A stretch of DNA of 64,000 nucleotides from Xylographa opegraphella. Lineage: Eukaryota. The DNA lies in assembly GCA_022813865.1 (NCBI GenBank), contig JALDZX010000018.1, forward strand, positions 310,001 to 374,000. The letters are read 5' to 3'. Every line of letters starts with the position of its first letter. Positions within the stretch are counted from its first letter, which is position 1. The position numbers and the translations under genes were made by a program. The notes under the pieces are model-generated. The model saw only the letters and a list, made by a program, of their open reading frames with translations, ran no database searches and was not told the origin of the DNA. Below, in pieces: positions 36,574-48,254 of this stretch.

Positions 36574-37257
36574 ATGGTCTCCTCCCATCCTCCATACCCC
36601 ATAAAAGCACACCCTACTGACCCTTCCCCGCAGCCACCCAAACGCCGCCAACCCCCTCCGCCCACAAAACTCGCGCGCCCCTCCGCCCTCGCCAAAGCCC
36701 ACCACATCAGCGCCCGCACGGAAGCCGAGATCCGCGAAGCTTTCGCACTGTTCGCCGTCCCCGCGCCGTCCCTCTCCTCCACCAGCGTCGCTCGCTCCTC
36801 CCTCCCATCCTCGTCTCTGCGCCGCGCCCTCCTCGCCCTCGCCTGCCCGCCCACATCCGCCACTGAACTCGCCTCCCTCCTCGAAGCCGCCGACCCGACC
36901 GCCTCCGGCGCGGTCAGCTACGAGAACTTCGTCGCTGTAGCGGCGCTGAAACTGGAGGCGAGGGGGGCGGATGTGCAACGGGGGGAGGTGCGCGAGGCGT
37001 GGAGGCTTTTTGTGGGGCGGAGTGGGGGAGGGGTCCGAGGAGGGGAGGAGGGTGGGGACAAGGATGGGGACGAGGAGGATCGGAGGAGGATCACGGTTGC
37101 GGATCTGAGGCGCGTGGCGAGGGAGTTGAAGGAGGAGGTTAGTGAGCAGCTGCTTGCGGATATGATCCTTGAGGCAAATGGGGGCCGAGGTGTGCAGAGC
37201 GGGGTGGGGGCGAGGGAGTTTGAGGGGGTGATGCGGAGGGCGGGAGTGTTTGGCTAG
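36574..37257 (+). CDS. Centrin/calmodulin-like EF-hand protein
   Basis: EAEIREAFALF, DPTASGAVSYENF, ITVADLRRVARELKE, EFEGVMRRAGVF; probable intron 36577-36633 giving M|PPKRR. Confidence 0.8.
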   Translation: MVSSHPPYPIKAHPTDPSPQPPKRRQPPPPTKLARPSALAKAHHISARTEAEIREAFALFAVPAPSLSSTSVARSSLPSSSLRRALLALACPPTSATELASLLEAADPTASGAVSYENFVAVAALKLEARGADVQRGEVREAWRLFVGRSGGGVRGGEEGGDKDGDEEDRRRITVADLRRVARELKEEVSEQLLADMILEANGGRGVQSGVGAREFEGVMRRAGVFG

Positions 37258-37687
37258 ATGGGTGGAGTGGAAGGTGGGAAGGGTGGGAAACATAGCCGGG
37301 GATATCCGGTTCGAGTGGGTCGGTTGAGATTGAGTACCTAGGACGGGCAGCATCTGACGTAGTGAGGTGTTCGCTGAGGATTTGATCACTATGGAAGCTA
37401 GAACGGACGAGTACCGAGAGAGGTGTGATGCTGAGCCAAGTCATCTACCTAGCCGCTGATAAAGAAAGACAAGCCATCACTATGATCGAATGCAGGTGTT
37501 GTACAACTCCCATCTCACACGGTCAGATCGACATGCAGTTTCCCCCATGCAAGACTCCACCGCAACGTCGCCATGCTCGACGAAGGCGAAAATCAAGTAC
37601 TCGAGATAAGATTCTCCATCAGAGATTGCCACACCAAACTCTTACATCTCCCTTCAAGTCCTTCCCTCGCAGAACCTTCATCCATCC

Positions 37688-38611
37688 TCAAGTCACCGTC
37701 TGGCTCCTCTTCCTCGACTTCTCCTCTTCCTCAGCCTCCCGCTTCTCCTCCTCCATGATCAGCCTTTCCACCTCCCCGTCCTTCACCCTCGCCTCCTCGA
37801 TCTTGCCACTGATCAGCGCCGCTTCTGCCGCCTTGGCAACTACCTCGCTGAAGCCCGCGTGGTCGGAGTGCTGCTTGTAGTAGTAGCTGTTGTCCTTGGG
37901 CTTGAGATCAGCGGAGAGGTTGTTCAGAACCACGTCGCGGATGCCGTCGATGGAGGCCTGCGCGCTACCGTCGCGGTTCCAGATCATGATCAGGTTGCTG
38001 TTGAAGCGGACGGAGAGGGAGATGCCGCAGAGATCGTCCTCTGGGTGTGCTCGTTAGCGGGTATTCTATGCGAAAAAGGATGGAAGAAGGTAAGGCTCAC
38101 TTGGCTGGATCACGTCTGCGAACTGCTCGCCGACTGCCAGCAGTAGAATCTCCTTCCACGTCTCCTCAGACTTGTCTTTCGGCACGCGGAAGGTCCAGGC
38201 ACCGCCTTTCACATTACGGGGATCCTCCCAGACAGGCTTGACGCCACGCTTGAAGAAATGCACGGAATCTTTCATCTGGAGCCGGTTGAGCGGGAAGCTG
38301 TTGTACGCTTCCCAGAATGGCTTGAGCGTGATGATGTTTTCGAGGAGGAGGGTCAATCGGCCTTCGTAGTTGCCGTGATCGGAGTGCTTATCATGGTAGA
38401 AGCTCCAGGCGTGCTGGAAGGGAGGGGGACGCATACGGCGGAGCATGTTCATTTTGGCGACGCCACGTTGAGGGGATGCCGAAGATGGAGGAGAGATGAG
38501 GTTGGAGACTGTGGGATTGGTGGGGATTGCAGGAACAGACGAAGCGACGACGTCTTCTTCGACCGATTCGAGGCCGTTGACGCGGACGGCGGGGTGACGA
38601 GAGGAAGCCAT
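37688..38611 (-). CDS. eIF4E-family cap-binding protein (non-canonical paralogue)
   Basis: HAWSFYHD, KPFWEAYN, HFFKRGVKPVWEDPRNVKGGAW, GEQF, DDLCGISLSVR, IWNR; one intron near 38042-38100. Confidence 0.88.
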
Positions 38612-39753
38612 TTTCCTGACGGGACGTGGGGCGGCGACGGGTTGGTGCAATGGATCAAGATGAGCTAGGCCGATGTCTCTGAGCACGTTGCAGCCAATGA
38701 GAAGCGTGAAGTATTGCTTTAGGCGAGCGATGTACTATTCCTCGGTAGTGAAAACTGGAACCTGGTCTTTGTTGGCTCGCGAAGCGTAAATTTTGAAACC
38801 GCAATTGGCCGTGTCAGGGGTTAAGAGAACTCTGTCTTGAAGAGAGATATAGTCGACGACAAGAAGAGTTTTGGGATTGTGCTTCCCGTGTTTTCTGGAG
38901 AAGAAGTAAGGCATTGCCAGTGATTGCTTGGTGAAGGAGAAGGTGAAAGATGCGATATGAGATGATGCGAATATGGCTCGAGGAGGTCTTGAGATGTGAA
39001 GATTGATTACAAAAGAAATGGTTGCAAACACAGAGAAGTTGCTTCTGGTAAATGGTGAAGTTTTTGAAGAGCAAGAAGGGAATGATATAGACACAACATC
39101 GTGGAAACCCCCATGATTGACAATAGGAACGAGCGACAATCACTCTCGGCTTTCCTATCAATAGCAAATTATCAAGCAACAATAACCAAGTCATAATCTA
39201 TATTGTCTGCTGAAGTGAATGGCAAATACAATAAATCGTACCATCAAACTTTTCAACACTGCGACGCGATCACTGAATGAAGGGGGGTCTGAGAGTATCA
39301 AACAATAGAAAGAGTTTCTGTACCTTTCTGTCGCTTCTTAACCGCGTTGAACCGATATCGAGTGTATCTTCAAGATAAACATTACCATCACAAACTGTGT
39401 AGGAAGCATGGAATACCCCAAACGTGATGCTGTCCTTCAGCACACAACAGGCCAACGCAGCGGTCAGCCAACGGTTGTGAAACGAGCGCCTGCGTCTCTG
39501 CCTCGCAACCATGCACGTCATTAGCTCCCGCCGCTAGAGAACATAAAACTCAAGACCGTATTTTAAATTAGCCCGTGTCGCTTTGTTCGTACCACCACCA
39601 CCACCACGGGGACTGGAGCAAAGATAACTCTAAATCTCCGCACACGGAGATAACGTCAAGCGAACTTGCTGTCGATTGACAGCTTCTCAATTGCTTCTAT
39701 CCACCAGAGCCACATCTCCCCACAACCACAATCACCACCTCCCACCATCCACA

Positions 39754-40611
39754 ATGTCCACCACCATGCTCCCCCACCCACCACGCAAGCGCCCCCGCGC
39801 CCCCACCCTCGACCTCACCGACCCAATCAACTCTTTCGTGCCACCAACGACCTCCAAGCGCGCGCGCAACACCACCCACAAGCTCCCCTCAGTCCTCGCC
39901 AGCCGGACGGCGTCATACTCTTGCGCCGCTGCCCTCCCACCCACACCAAGCCCACTGCCCGCCGCACAGGCCATTCTCTCGCCCTCCATTTCCAGCCACT
40001 CGTCTTCATTTTCCGCCTCTTCGCTGTCGAGCAACACCAGCGCTACCTCGACGGATAGCGACGACGAGGACACAGATAGTGACAGCGACAGCGCGTCAAC
40101 GCTGCAGCCGTCGTCGCCGTCTGGGGAGGAGGACGCTTCGGATTCGAGCTCTAGCTCCAGCTCGTCGTCGTCGTCGTCGTCGTCTTCCTCTTCGGACGAT
40201 GGTTCAGACGCCAATGACGAAGTAGCACCAGCTACGTATTTTGCATTCCCGACGGCAGGTCCGCCGCCCGTTTCCTCGTCGTTAGCATCCCGCCTACGGA
40301 CCTTCCTCCCTGCTCTTGCAACCGCGAACCAGTCGCTGGAGGTGGAGCGCGAGGAAGGGAGACTGGAGGAGCGGAATCTGGAGATGGTGGATGAGGAGGA
40401 GGAGGGCCAGTATATTGAGATGAATCTGGGGCTGGGCGTGTTGGAGGAGAAGGGGGAGGGGAGCGAGAGTGAGGAGAGCGAGGAGAATGAAGGGAGGGAT
40501 GATGTCGACACGGAAAAGGAGGTGGATGTACTTGGGAGGTTGATGGGGTTTGGGAAGCGGGGACGGAGAAGGGAGAAGCCGGGGATAGAGGTGCTCGAGG
40601 CTGTGGTGTGA
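39754..40611 (+). CDS. DUF4598/NOPCHAP1-like acidic protein
   Basis: LASRLRTFLPALATANQSLE and YIEMNLGLGVLEEK after Ser/Asp-rich low-complexity region. Confidence 0.75.
   Translation: MSTTMLPHPPRKRPRAPTLDLTDPINSFVPPTTSKRARNTTHKLPSVLASRTASYSCAAALPPTPSPLPAAQAILSPSISSHSSSFSASSLSSNTSATSTDSDDEDTDSDSDSASTLQPSSPSGEEDASDSSSSSSSSSSSSSSSSSDDGSDANDEVAPATYFAFPTAGPPPVSSSLASRLRTFLPALATANQSLEVEREEGRLEERNLEMVDEEEEGQYIEMNLGLGVLEEKGEGSESEESEENEGRDDVDTEKEVDVLGRLMGFGKRGRRREKPGIEVLEAVV
40162..40182 (+). repeat. (TCG)7 microsatellite encoding poly-Ser
   Basis: Seven consecutive TCG triplets. Confidence 0.9.
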
Positions 40612-40841
40612 GGGATATCAGATGCGGGGAGCTGAGTTGCACAGGGTGTGTATGAGAGATGTATAATGAGCAACGGTCTATACGTGTTTATAACTACTCA
40701 GACCACTGTATGAAACGTCGTTGAAGATCGTGTGCGGTGCCGGAGCGCATCTGGAATCGTTTATTGGCTTGCTCCTCCAAGTCTACTATAATACATTGAG
40801 AATAAAGACAGTTCATCCATGATCAGATCAAGATGTTGGTA

Positions 40842-42693
40842 TTACGACGATTCCCGAATCCTACATTGCCATCCGGAGTTTGCCTCCAGTAAAGGTAAAC
40901 TATCCCCGAGTTAGCTTTATGTAATTGGTGGTAGGTATTCCGGAAACTCATATACCTGGCTCCTAAACACCAACCCAACTCATTACCCTTGATCTTCTTT
41001 GCGATCCTCACTTCCCTATCAATCGGCATCTCATAGCCTGTATGCAACAACGCCATCATAAAGTTCAAATCAAGGCAGTATTCGGGCCGGTCCCTCAACT
41101 CATTGATGGCCCCATCCACGCCCTGGAATGTCTCCCAGCACTTCTCGCCCTGGCAGACCTTCTCCGTTAGATCTCGCAATTCTTTCAGAGTGAAGGATTC
41201 GGGCATGCCCAACGGCTGCGTTCTGTCGTAGAAATAGCTGAAGATGTACACGTCTTCACGTGCGAAAGTCATCTCGAGGGAAGGCTGGTGCACACCTCCG
41301 AATGAGCAAGGAGCCAACTCGCACTTTTCTTCTTTCTTAAGAATCCTCTCGGCCAGTCCTCGGCACTGAGCTGGGGCACCTGTCCAAGGACCCACCATGG
41401 TGGCGTTCAATTCTGTCCCGTCATCAAGTGTAACTTTCACTTCGGTACTCATGTTGGGAGCAATACAGGGATTCTCGATTGATCTGGTCATCCACGACTT
41501 GTCGGAGCCATAGTTATCGCTTACAGATTGAACCAAGGTCTTGTGCATGCTCTCGCGTGCAGACATGAGCCCGTAGCCCAGATGTGAATGCTGATAGAGC
41601 TCAAAGTCTCGGCCTCGGAAATTGAGCTTGTATTTGTGGTCACCCTCAGCTAACTTATCAGGCATACCCTTAGAAGGGCTTTTGAATATAGGCTGGAAGA
41701 CGATTTGGGTCGATCCACCGCCAAGGTCAAAGACAGCGGCTGTTGGAGATTTATCAGGGCCACCTATCTTGCCTAGAAGGTAGTTGGTTGTGATCCATGC
41801 GTAAACGCCCTCATCTTTACCTTCCATAACTACAACGCCATCCCTCTCCCTTGAGACAACGGGAAATGGATAAACCGTCTCCAGGCGAATACGAACAGCC
41901 TCAAGGATCTTGTCGCTCAATTCGGGCCCAAGCTTCCTCAATCCCGCTGTGGCTTTAACAGCAACAGGCGAGCAAAACTTGAGGTTGTCGGGCACTGTCT
42001 GCATAGCAACGTCCATGAGGACATCCAAACTCCTTGCGGCTCCTTCAGCATCAGCTCCAAACGAACTAAGACCGGAACCGCCCTTTTTAGGTTCTGTCAT
42101 CTTAAACTCCTCATGCTCGAGCTCGGGTGTGGCACCGCAATTGTTGAAACGGTACACATGTATTCGTGAGCCGGTACTGCCGGCATCAATCATTAAAGCA
42201 TATTGAATTAGAGGTTTATCGGAAGAATAGGACTTCGAGCACTTCGTTGTCCCAATAGATGGATCGGAGGATGAAGAACCGGAGCCAGAATTGCCTGTCA
42301 GGCGCATTAGCACTTGTTCCTCCAATATCCAAGCAAATATCCAAGCTGTCGCTTGCAGCCGAGCAAGAACTGTAACATACCAACCAAGTCCCCAACATTT
42401 GCCCTTCCATTTGGGCTAAGCAAAAAGAAAAGAAATATAAAGACGGCAATCAGACCCCCAGCCCTCAAGAATCTGGCACGCTGACTTTGCGTCATCCAGG
42501 CGTTTTTGAGGGACTCCACCGCGCCGGCTGGGCCGTTGGCCGAGTTGTTACTGGTATGTCTCTGGGCCTTCTCGAAGGGATCGTGCTGGGCGTTGCGGGT
42601 GGGAAGTGTCACTGAGCGTCTGCGTGGCGAGGAAGTGAAGCTAATATAGGACCATAAGCTGGGTCGACGACGAGCATCGATTCCAGTTGACAT
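40842..42693 (-). CDS. GDA1: Golgi guanosine diphosphatase (GDA1/CD39 family)
   Basis: Apyrase regions DAGSTGSR, ATAGLR, EGVYAW, DLGGGSTQ, GWCLGA; N-terminal TM anchor; two introns. Confidence 0.93.
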
Positions 42694-43535
42694 AGAGATG
42701 TGGGAGTATTGGCGGATAGAAAGCAAGCAGTTACCCGGACTTCGAGGGCTCCTGCCACAATGAAGAGCGCAAAGAAATTGCAGCTGGAATAAAAGCGTGA
42801 AAGACTGTTGATTGATCGATTACATCCACATTGTATGGTGAAAGGCAGGGGACACGAAAAGGAATGGAGATCAGTCCTCCGTACAGTTGTTGACTCGTGT
42901 TTGCTTGCGCATGGAAACCGAAAAAATTCAGGGGTCCAAACCCTGATGAAGCCAAGGATCATCTAACCATCTAAGGTTAGAGTATCCTGCTTGTGCTTTG
43001 GAGATTTCCAGTCGACAAACGACTTCGACGAACAACTTCGTCTCCTTGCAAATGATCCTCATGTTGCGTCTAATACACGCGAATAATTGTGAATCATAAA
43101 TACTACATCCGTATAATTGCCATCGAACGTGCTAGTATGAATGTCCTCGAATCTCGAACGCCCGGTAATTTGTACTTTTACTTGCTTCAGTGGTGGGCAC
43201 TGTGTGCACTGACTGATGCACCATTAAGATCATCTTTACACAAACTGTGTCCAGAAGGTTGTGGGAAAGCATGCTGTAACGTAAAAGCATCTCTTGGCTA
43301 TTAAAGGTGGGTGTGAAGTATTTCCCATGTAAACATCCATCGAATTCTGTGTATTTCCTTCTCCGTATCTTCCTTGTAGAATCACGAAACAGCACCAGGC
43401 ATACTTTTTCCTTCTTTATCATCCCTTACATAAAAACTTAAGAACAATTTTAAAAAACGAGAGAGAAGAACAGAAGAACACCCAAAAGTGAGGAAGAGCC
43501 AGTTTCCCTATCATAGCGTGACCGTGGTCGCTGCC

Positions 43536-43780
43536 AAAAAAAAAAGTCAGCTCCCAGCTAGAGGCCAGGGCGACAAAAAGTTCAGATACCCGGATGGATA
43601 TCTTATGAAAACCCTTATACTATCAGGGATTTTACTCCAGTGCAGGTCTAAGGCGAATGTGCTTTTGGTAATGCCGGTGCAATTACGTGGACTTTCAACC
43701 ACACTCGCTGGGCTCGAACCCAGAACCTGTTCGCGGTGCTCTAAAGCATCCGCGCTTGATCCGTTGAGCTAAATCGGTGG
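43536..43780 (-). ncRNA. Putative RNA polymerase III unit: degenerate tRNA-like head plus structured 3' RNA
   Basis: Box A TAGCTCAACGG (43771-43761), box B GGTTCGAGCCC (43720-43710), several hairpins, T10 run at 43545-43536. Confidence 0.55.
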
Positions 43781-44135
43781 GATAAAACCCCGGATCGGCG
43801 ATGGAGGATATTCTTCTTATCTTAAATATAAAGGCATCATCCAGTTTGAAAGATTTGACCATGATTCGTGCAGCAGTACTCATTCTGTACCATAACATCG
43901 ATTACAACATATTATAGGTTTATCTACATTGCTGTACATGCTGGAGAGGGTCTTCACAGTGCTGTAGATGTTGAATCGGGTCTCCAGACTGCGTGCATTC
44001 TCGTGTACTAGCACCACTGCAACAGGGGACGTACACCTTGGAAATGCACACTTGTTACGTAACATCCATACGTTATTGCATTAATATCTATCATTATGCT
44101 TCTTACATTGCGTTGGCACAAAAGCTACTTAGATG

Positions 44136-44894
44136 TTATTGTCGCAACAGCAACCCAAGCAGAACCACCAAGCCCATCTCCACCCCAACCCGCAAAGCTC
44201 CTGCCGTATTGGTAGCCACACTCAGCGGCGCCGTCCCTGCCACCGAAGCTGAAAGTGTAGCCGAAGACACAATCGTAGCATTCGCACTCGGCGCCCCAGC
44301 GGAAAACCCAGCGGAAAACCCAGCACTCCCAGCGTTTTGCGGGGCCGTCGACGTAATAACCAAAACAGTCGGCGGCAGCGGCGCAGGAGTCATCGTCACT
44401 ATACTCGTGTACACCCGCGCCACAGGCATACTGGTCGTCGCCGACAACAGCGGCGCGACCGTGGGCAAGGTGTTGATACTCGAACTCGCCGTCCCCTGCG
44501 GTATTCCGTCGCACAAGAACGCCACTGAGAGGTATTCCACCATGCCCAAGCAGATTCCATCTAGGCTAGTCCCAGTACCTTCGATAGTCTGGTCCGCAGG
44601 ATGGGCTTGGTATAAGGTCTTGCAGTTTGTATCTGAGTACAGTGCGAACGAGCCACGAGTGCCATTGGCGCACATGGGGCGGCTGTCGACAATGAAGCTG
44701 TTATAGCCACCGTTAAAGCTCACGACAGGGCCCGGGGAGCCGCAGATGTCGGGAGCGACGGTATAGTTGTTGGCGAACACTGGGTCCTGGCAGCCGGCGT
44801 CGGCGAAAACGGTGACAGAGCCGGTGGAGATGGCGGAATTGAGGGTGGGGCACAGTAGGAGAAGAGTCAGTAACGACAGTATTGAGGATGACAT
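44136..44894 (-). CDS. Secreted, probably GPI-anchored Cys-patterned cell-surface protein
   Basis: Signal MSSSILSLLTLLLLCPTLNSA, six-Cys domain ending SVAFLCDG, Ser/Thr stalk, hydrophobic C-terminus. Confidence 0.8.
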   Translation of the reverse strand: MSSSILSLLTLLLLCPTLNSAISTGSVTVFADAGCQDPVFANNYTVAPDICGSPGPVVSFNGGYNSFIVDSRPMCANGTRGSFALYSDTNCKTLYQAHPADQTIEGTGTSLDGICLGMVEYLSVAFLCDGIPQGTASSSINTLPTVAPLLSATTSMPVARVYTSIVTMTPAPLPPTVLVITSTAPQNAGSAGFSAGFSAGAPSANATIVSSATLSASVAGTAPLSVATNTAGALRVGVEMGLVVLLGLLLRQ

Positions 44895-45827
44895 TCTGGG
44901 AGTGCCTGAACGAATGTGGAGCGTACGAGTGGAAGAACAGTAGCGACAGGATACAGGATGGACTGGATGTGCGATGAAAAGAGAGTGGGGTGGTGTATAA
45001 TATACGAGGGCAGACGACACGAGGGATTGGTGGTATCTGCCAAGGCCCAGCTGGATTGGACCAAATCTAGTGACAGCCGCGGTGCAGGGGTTGCAAGGTG
45101 CCAAGCAGTATGGGAGGATTCGGGATGGAGATGAGGAAAGCCATCGCCCACGAAAGGAATTCACACTGGCCAACGTTTGGCAGAACGACACGAGAGGAAC
45201 ACCCACTCAATAAGTATCTCAGAGACAGAGAATCCCCGGACGTTGAGATAGACTAGTCGTGGAGATCTAGAGCTGTACCATCGAAAGTCCGGCGTGCCAG
45301 CTCCCGGTTAGCTCTGGCAAGGTAACTCTAGTGGTCGGCCTTGACTAATGATATTTCTAGTAATTTTGAACACCATCCAGACGTGATTCAATCCCTACGT
45401 TGTCATAATGCTGCAAAAAAACAATAGCTCAAACCCATCTAAGCAGAATCAAGAATAATGGTTGGCGATCCAGATAACCATCGGCTCATAAAATAACATT
45501 AGGACACCCGTGCTATCGAGAAACGACAGTATGTTTAGCAAAGATACCAATTTTGCCATTACTTTGATAGCATTGATGACAGCAGTTGTTCAACTACCCT
45601 TGACGAAGCAAGCATAACATGAGCCTATCCTCAGTAGCTGGATAAAGTATACCACTGCGCTCAGTAATTAACCAACCAGTGTTCTGATGTAGTCGTTCAG
45701 CACGCTTTCTCTTGCGATCGATGTCTATTTCATAAAGCCGCTCATCATCCATGTCTAGAATAATCTAAGATATTCCTCCTCCAGAACTCCTCCCTCAATC
45801 ATATCTCCAATTTCAAACCAATCATCC

Positions 45828-47790
45828 CTATTCAAACACTTTCCCCACATCTCGCACCAATTCTTCCTCTCCTTCCAGTAATCCTTTCTTCTTCTCCACC
45901 ACCCCCTTCGCGCCCAGGGCGTCTAGCACATCCTTCACCTCTTCACCGCACCCATATGCCATTAAACCCAGTGCAAGCATTAACCCCTTTACCATCTCCT
46001 TCCTCGCTTCCTCCTTTCCCAGCGCCTCCAACATGCCCGCCACGAGCTCCACCTGCGCATGCTCTGGGAGGGTATCACGCTCCCTTGACGTCAGCCGCTC
46101 TGCGTGGTTGAAAGCCGAGATGTTGAAAGCCAACGAGGCAGCAGAGACACGGACGGCTGCATGATCTTCGTCGAGCAAGGAGGAGGCGGTAAGCTGGATC
46201 AGTGGGGAGGAGAAATCCGGATTGGAGAGGAGGAGGGGCGGAAAGAGTGAGGAAGTGAAGAGGTTGCAAGCGAGCTGGAGGGTGACGATGCGCAGGGCGT
46301 GCGGGCAAGAATCGGTAAGGGCGGTGGTGCGCTGTAGTAGGTGTCGGATGAGCGTTGGGTCGTCGGAAGCGAAGTAGCCGCTGACCCGGGTGTCAACCAG
46401 GGCAAGGCGGAGGAGGTCGACGAGGGGAAATAGAGAGGATGGAGGGAGCGTTGCGAGAGAAGAGGTGATAAACGCGCTTATGGTTGGTAGAGAGGGAAGG
46501 GGGGCTGATGCGTCAGGGGACGAGCTGCGGGTTACGATGAAGTCTTTGAGCGCAAGGACCGAGGGGTCTGTGCCGGTGGGGCCGAGCTTGGCAATCAGTC
46601 TGTCGAGAGGAGGGAGTTTGCCATAGGTGACCGGATGGTGTGGGCGTTGGAGAGTTGGTAATCGAAGGTTGGAGTGCGGATGAGGTGGATGTGCCATTTG
46701 AACCAACATGCGGACGTTGCCGAGCAGTTTAGCGGGGTCGGCGCCAGCCCACTCGTCTGTTTTCTCGCCATACAAGAAGGTCATAAAAGTCGGGGTGGCC
46801 CGGACTTTGTACTCGGATCCTATCTCGAAGGCTTGGCTGAGGTCTATCTTAGTGAGTACAGCTTTTCTACCCACTTCTACTGCTAGCTCTTCGTAAGCTG
46901 GATAGCAGATTTTGCAGGGTGGGCATGTAGCAGAGGTGAAGAAGATGACAGCGCATGACGATTTGGCGGATTTCAGTAAAGCGTGCAGTTCGTTGAGTCT
47001 TGTAACATTATGGACGATACCTGTTGGAGGACCATCGACTTTGACGCCAACTCCGTTCGTGTAAGATGACATATTAGTGATGCTCCCATTCGTGCTTGGT
47101 GTTGCCTTTGCGGAGCTGGGCGGCGGTACTGAAGATTTGGGCACTTGAGCCTGAGTCATACCGCGCATTGCCTGGTCGAGTTGAGGCTTCAGCATCTGAC
47201 CGAAGGGTGTATTTAGAACGGTCTGTGGTAGAGAGGTGATGTGATCTGGTATCCCTTTGCCAACGAGAAACATCGTAAAGTCATTACTGAAGTTGTTGCA
47301 ATTATGAAGGAAAAGGTCGTAGGACTTGAAACCCAGTGAGCTATGTGAGGTTTTCTAACGTTGATAGAATAGTTGCTAGAATACCTACCTCTGCAGTGTA
47401 GATCGTTTTCAGAGACTCCAAGTATTCGAGTATGACTTCCATGTCCAGTTCTGTTTTCCCCATAGATATCGCTTCCATAGGTCGTCCATGATGAGAAGAT
47501 CCAGGGTAGCAGGTCTGAACCCCTGCACCAAAGAAGTACTCTACGCCACCAAATATTACAGAGGTGTGGTAGACAGCGTCGATATGCGTGCCGAGAAAAT
47601 TGCGGGACATCTAGATAGCCATAATGCATCAGGCGAAAGATTCATGATGGTAGGACACATTTGAGACGAACCTGTCTGGCAAGTCCCTATAGCACAGGAA
47701 GTTAGCTTGATTGCAAGAACTGCCTATTGATAGACGCATGCTCTGTCTACGTGCCTTTGAAAGATCGTAAACATAAAGCTGAACCTCCAT
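45828..47790 (-). CDS. PPPDE/DeSI peptidase + thioredoxin + PUL domain protein
   Basis: VQLYVYDLSK|GLARQ|MSR...AVYHT, YDLFLHNCNNF, CPPC, ATPTF, helical PUL-like tail; introns 47687-47754 (GC-AG), 47611-47671 and one near 47325-47388. Confidence 0.9.
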
Positions 47791-48254
47791 CATATTCATA
47801 CAACTCTCTCTAAGTACAAACTTTAACGCAACAAAGGGTTGGGGTTTCTTCGATTCATAGTCCGTAGACGTATGTATTCCTTTGACTGGCCATTAGGCAG
47901 TAGTTGACGCGTTCTTAACTCCTTACGAAGGAATTCCATGGACAACTACGCCACCGAGGCGCCTCGGGCGTTGCGGATGGCAAAGCGCCTATCGCTTATT
48001 TAGCGCTACTAACGAGGCAGGTCCCATGTGCGCACTAGCAAGGACTGTTCGAATGTACAAGACTGAATAGGTACCTTACCTTAGTCAAGTATTGTCAAGA
48101 GCGCTGCACTCCGAAGCTGTACTTAGGCACATGCTTATAATTGGCAATTTTTACCGTCAGTAAAAATGTACAGCCACGATTTCAATGCATGTCACTGGGT
48201 GTGCTTGCGGTCTTGTGAACGTGAGCATTTAATACGAGAAGTGAACCGTCCAAA

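Noticed and set aside
43540..43705. RNase MRP (GGTTGAAAGTC...GGAGCTGAC) or U5 (GCCTTAGAC) identity
   Set aside because: The putative P4 strands do not pair; the U5 loop must be GCCTTTTAC within a stem, which is absent
43690..43780. Functional tRNA or ochre suppressor (anticodon TTA)
   Set aside because: Acceptor, anticodon and T stems do not form a canonical cloverleaf; only the promoter boxes are intact
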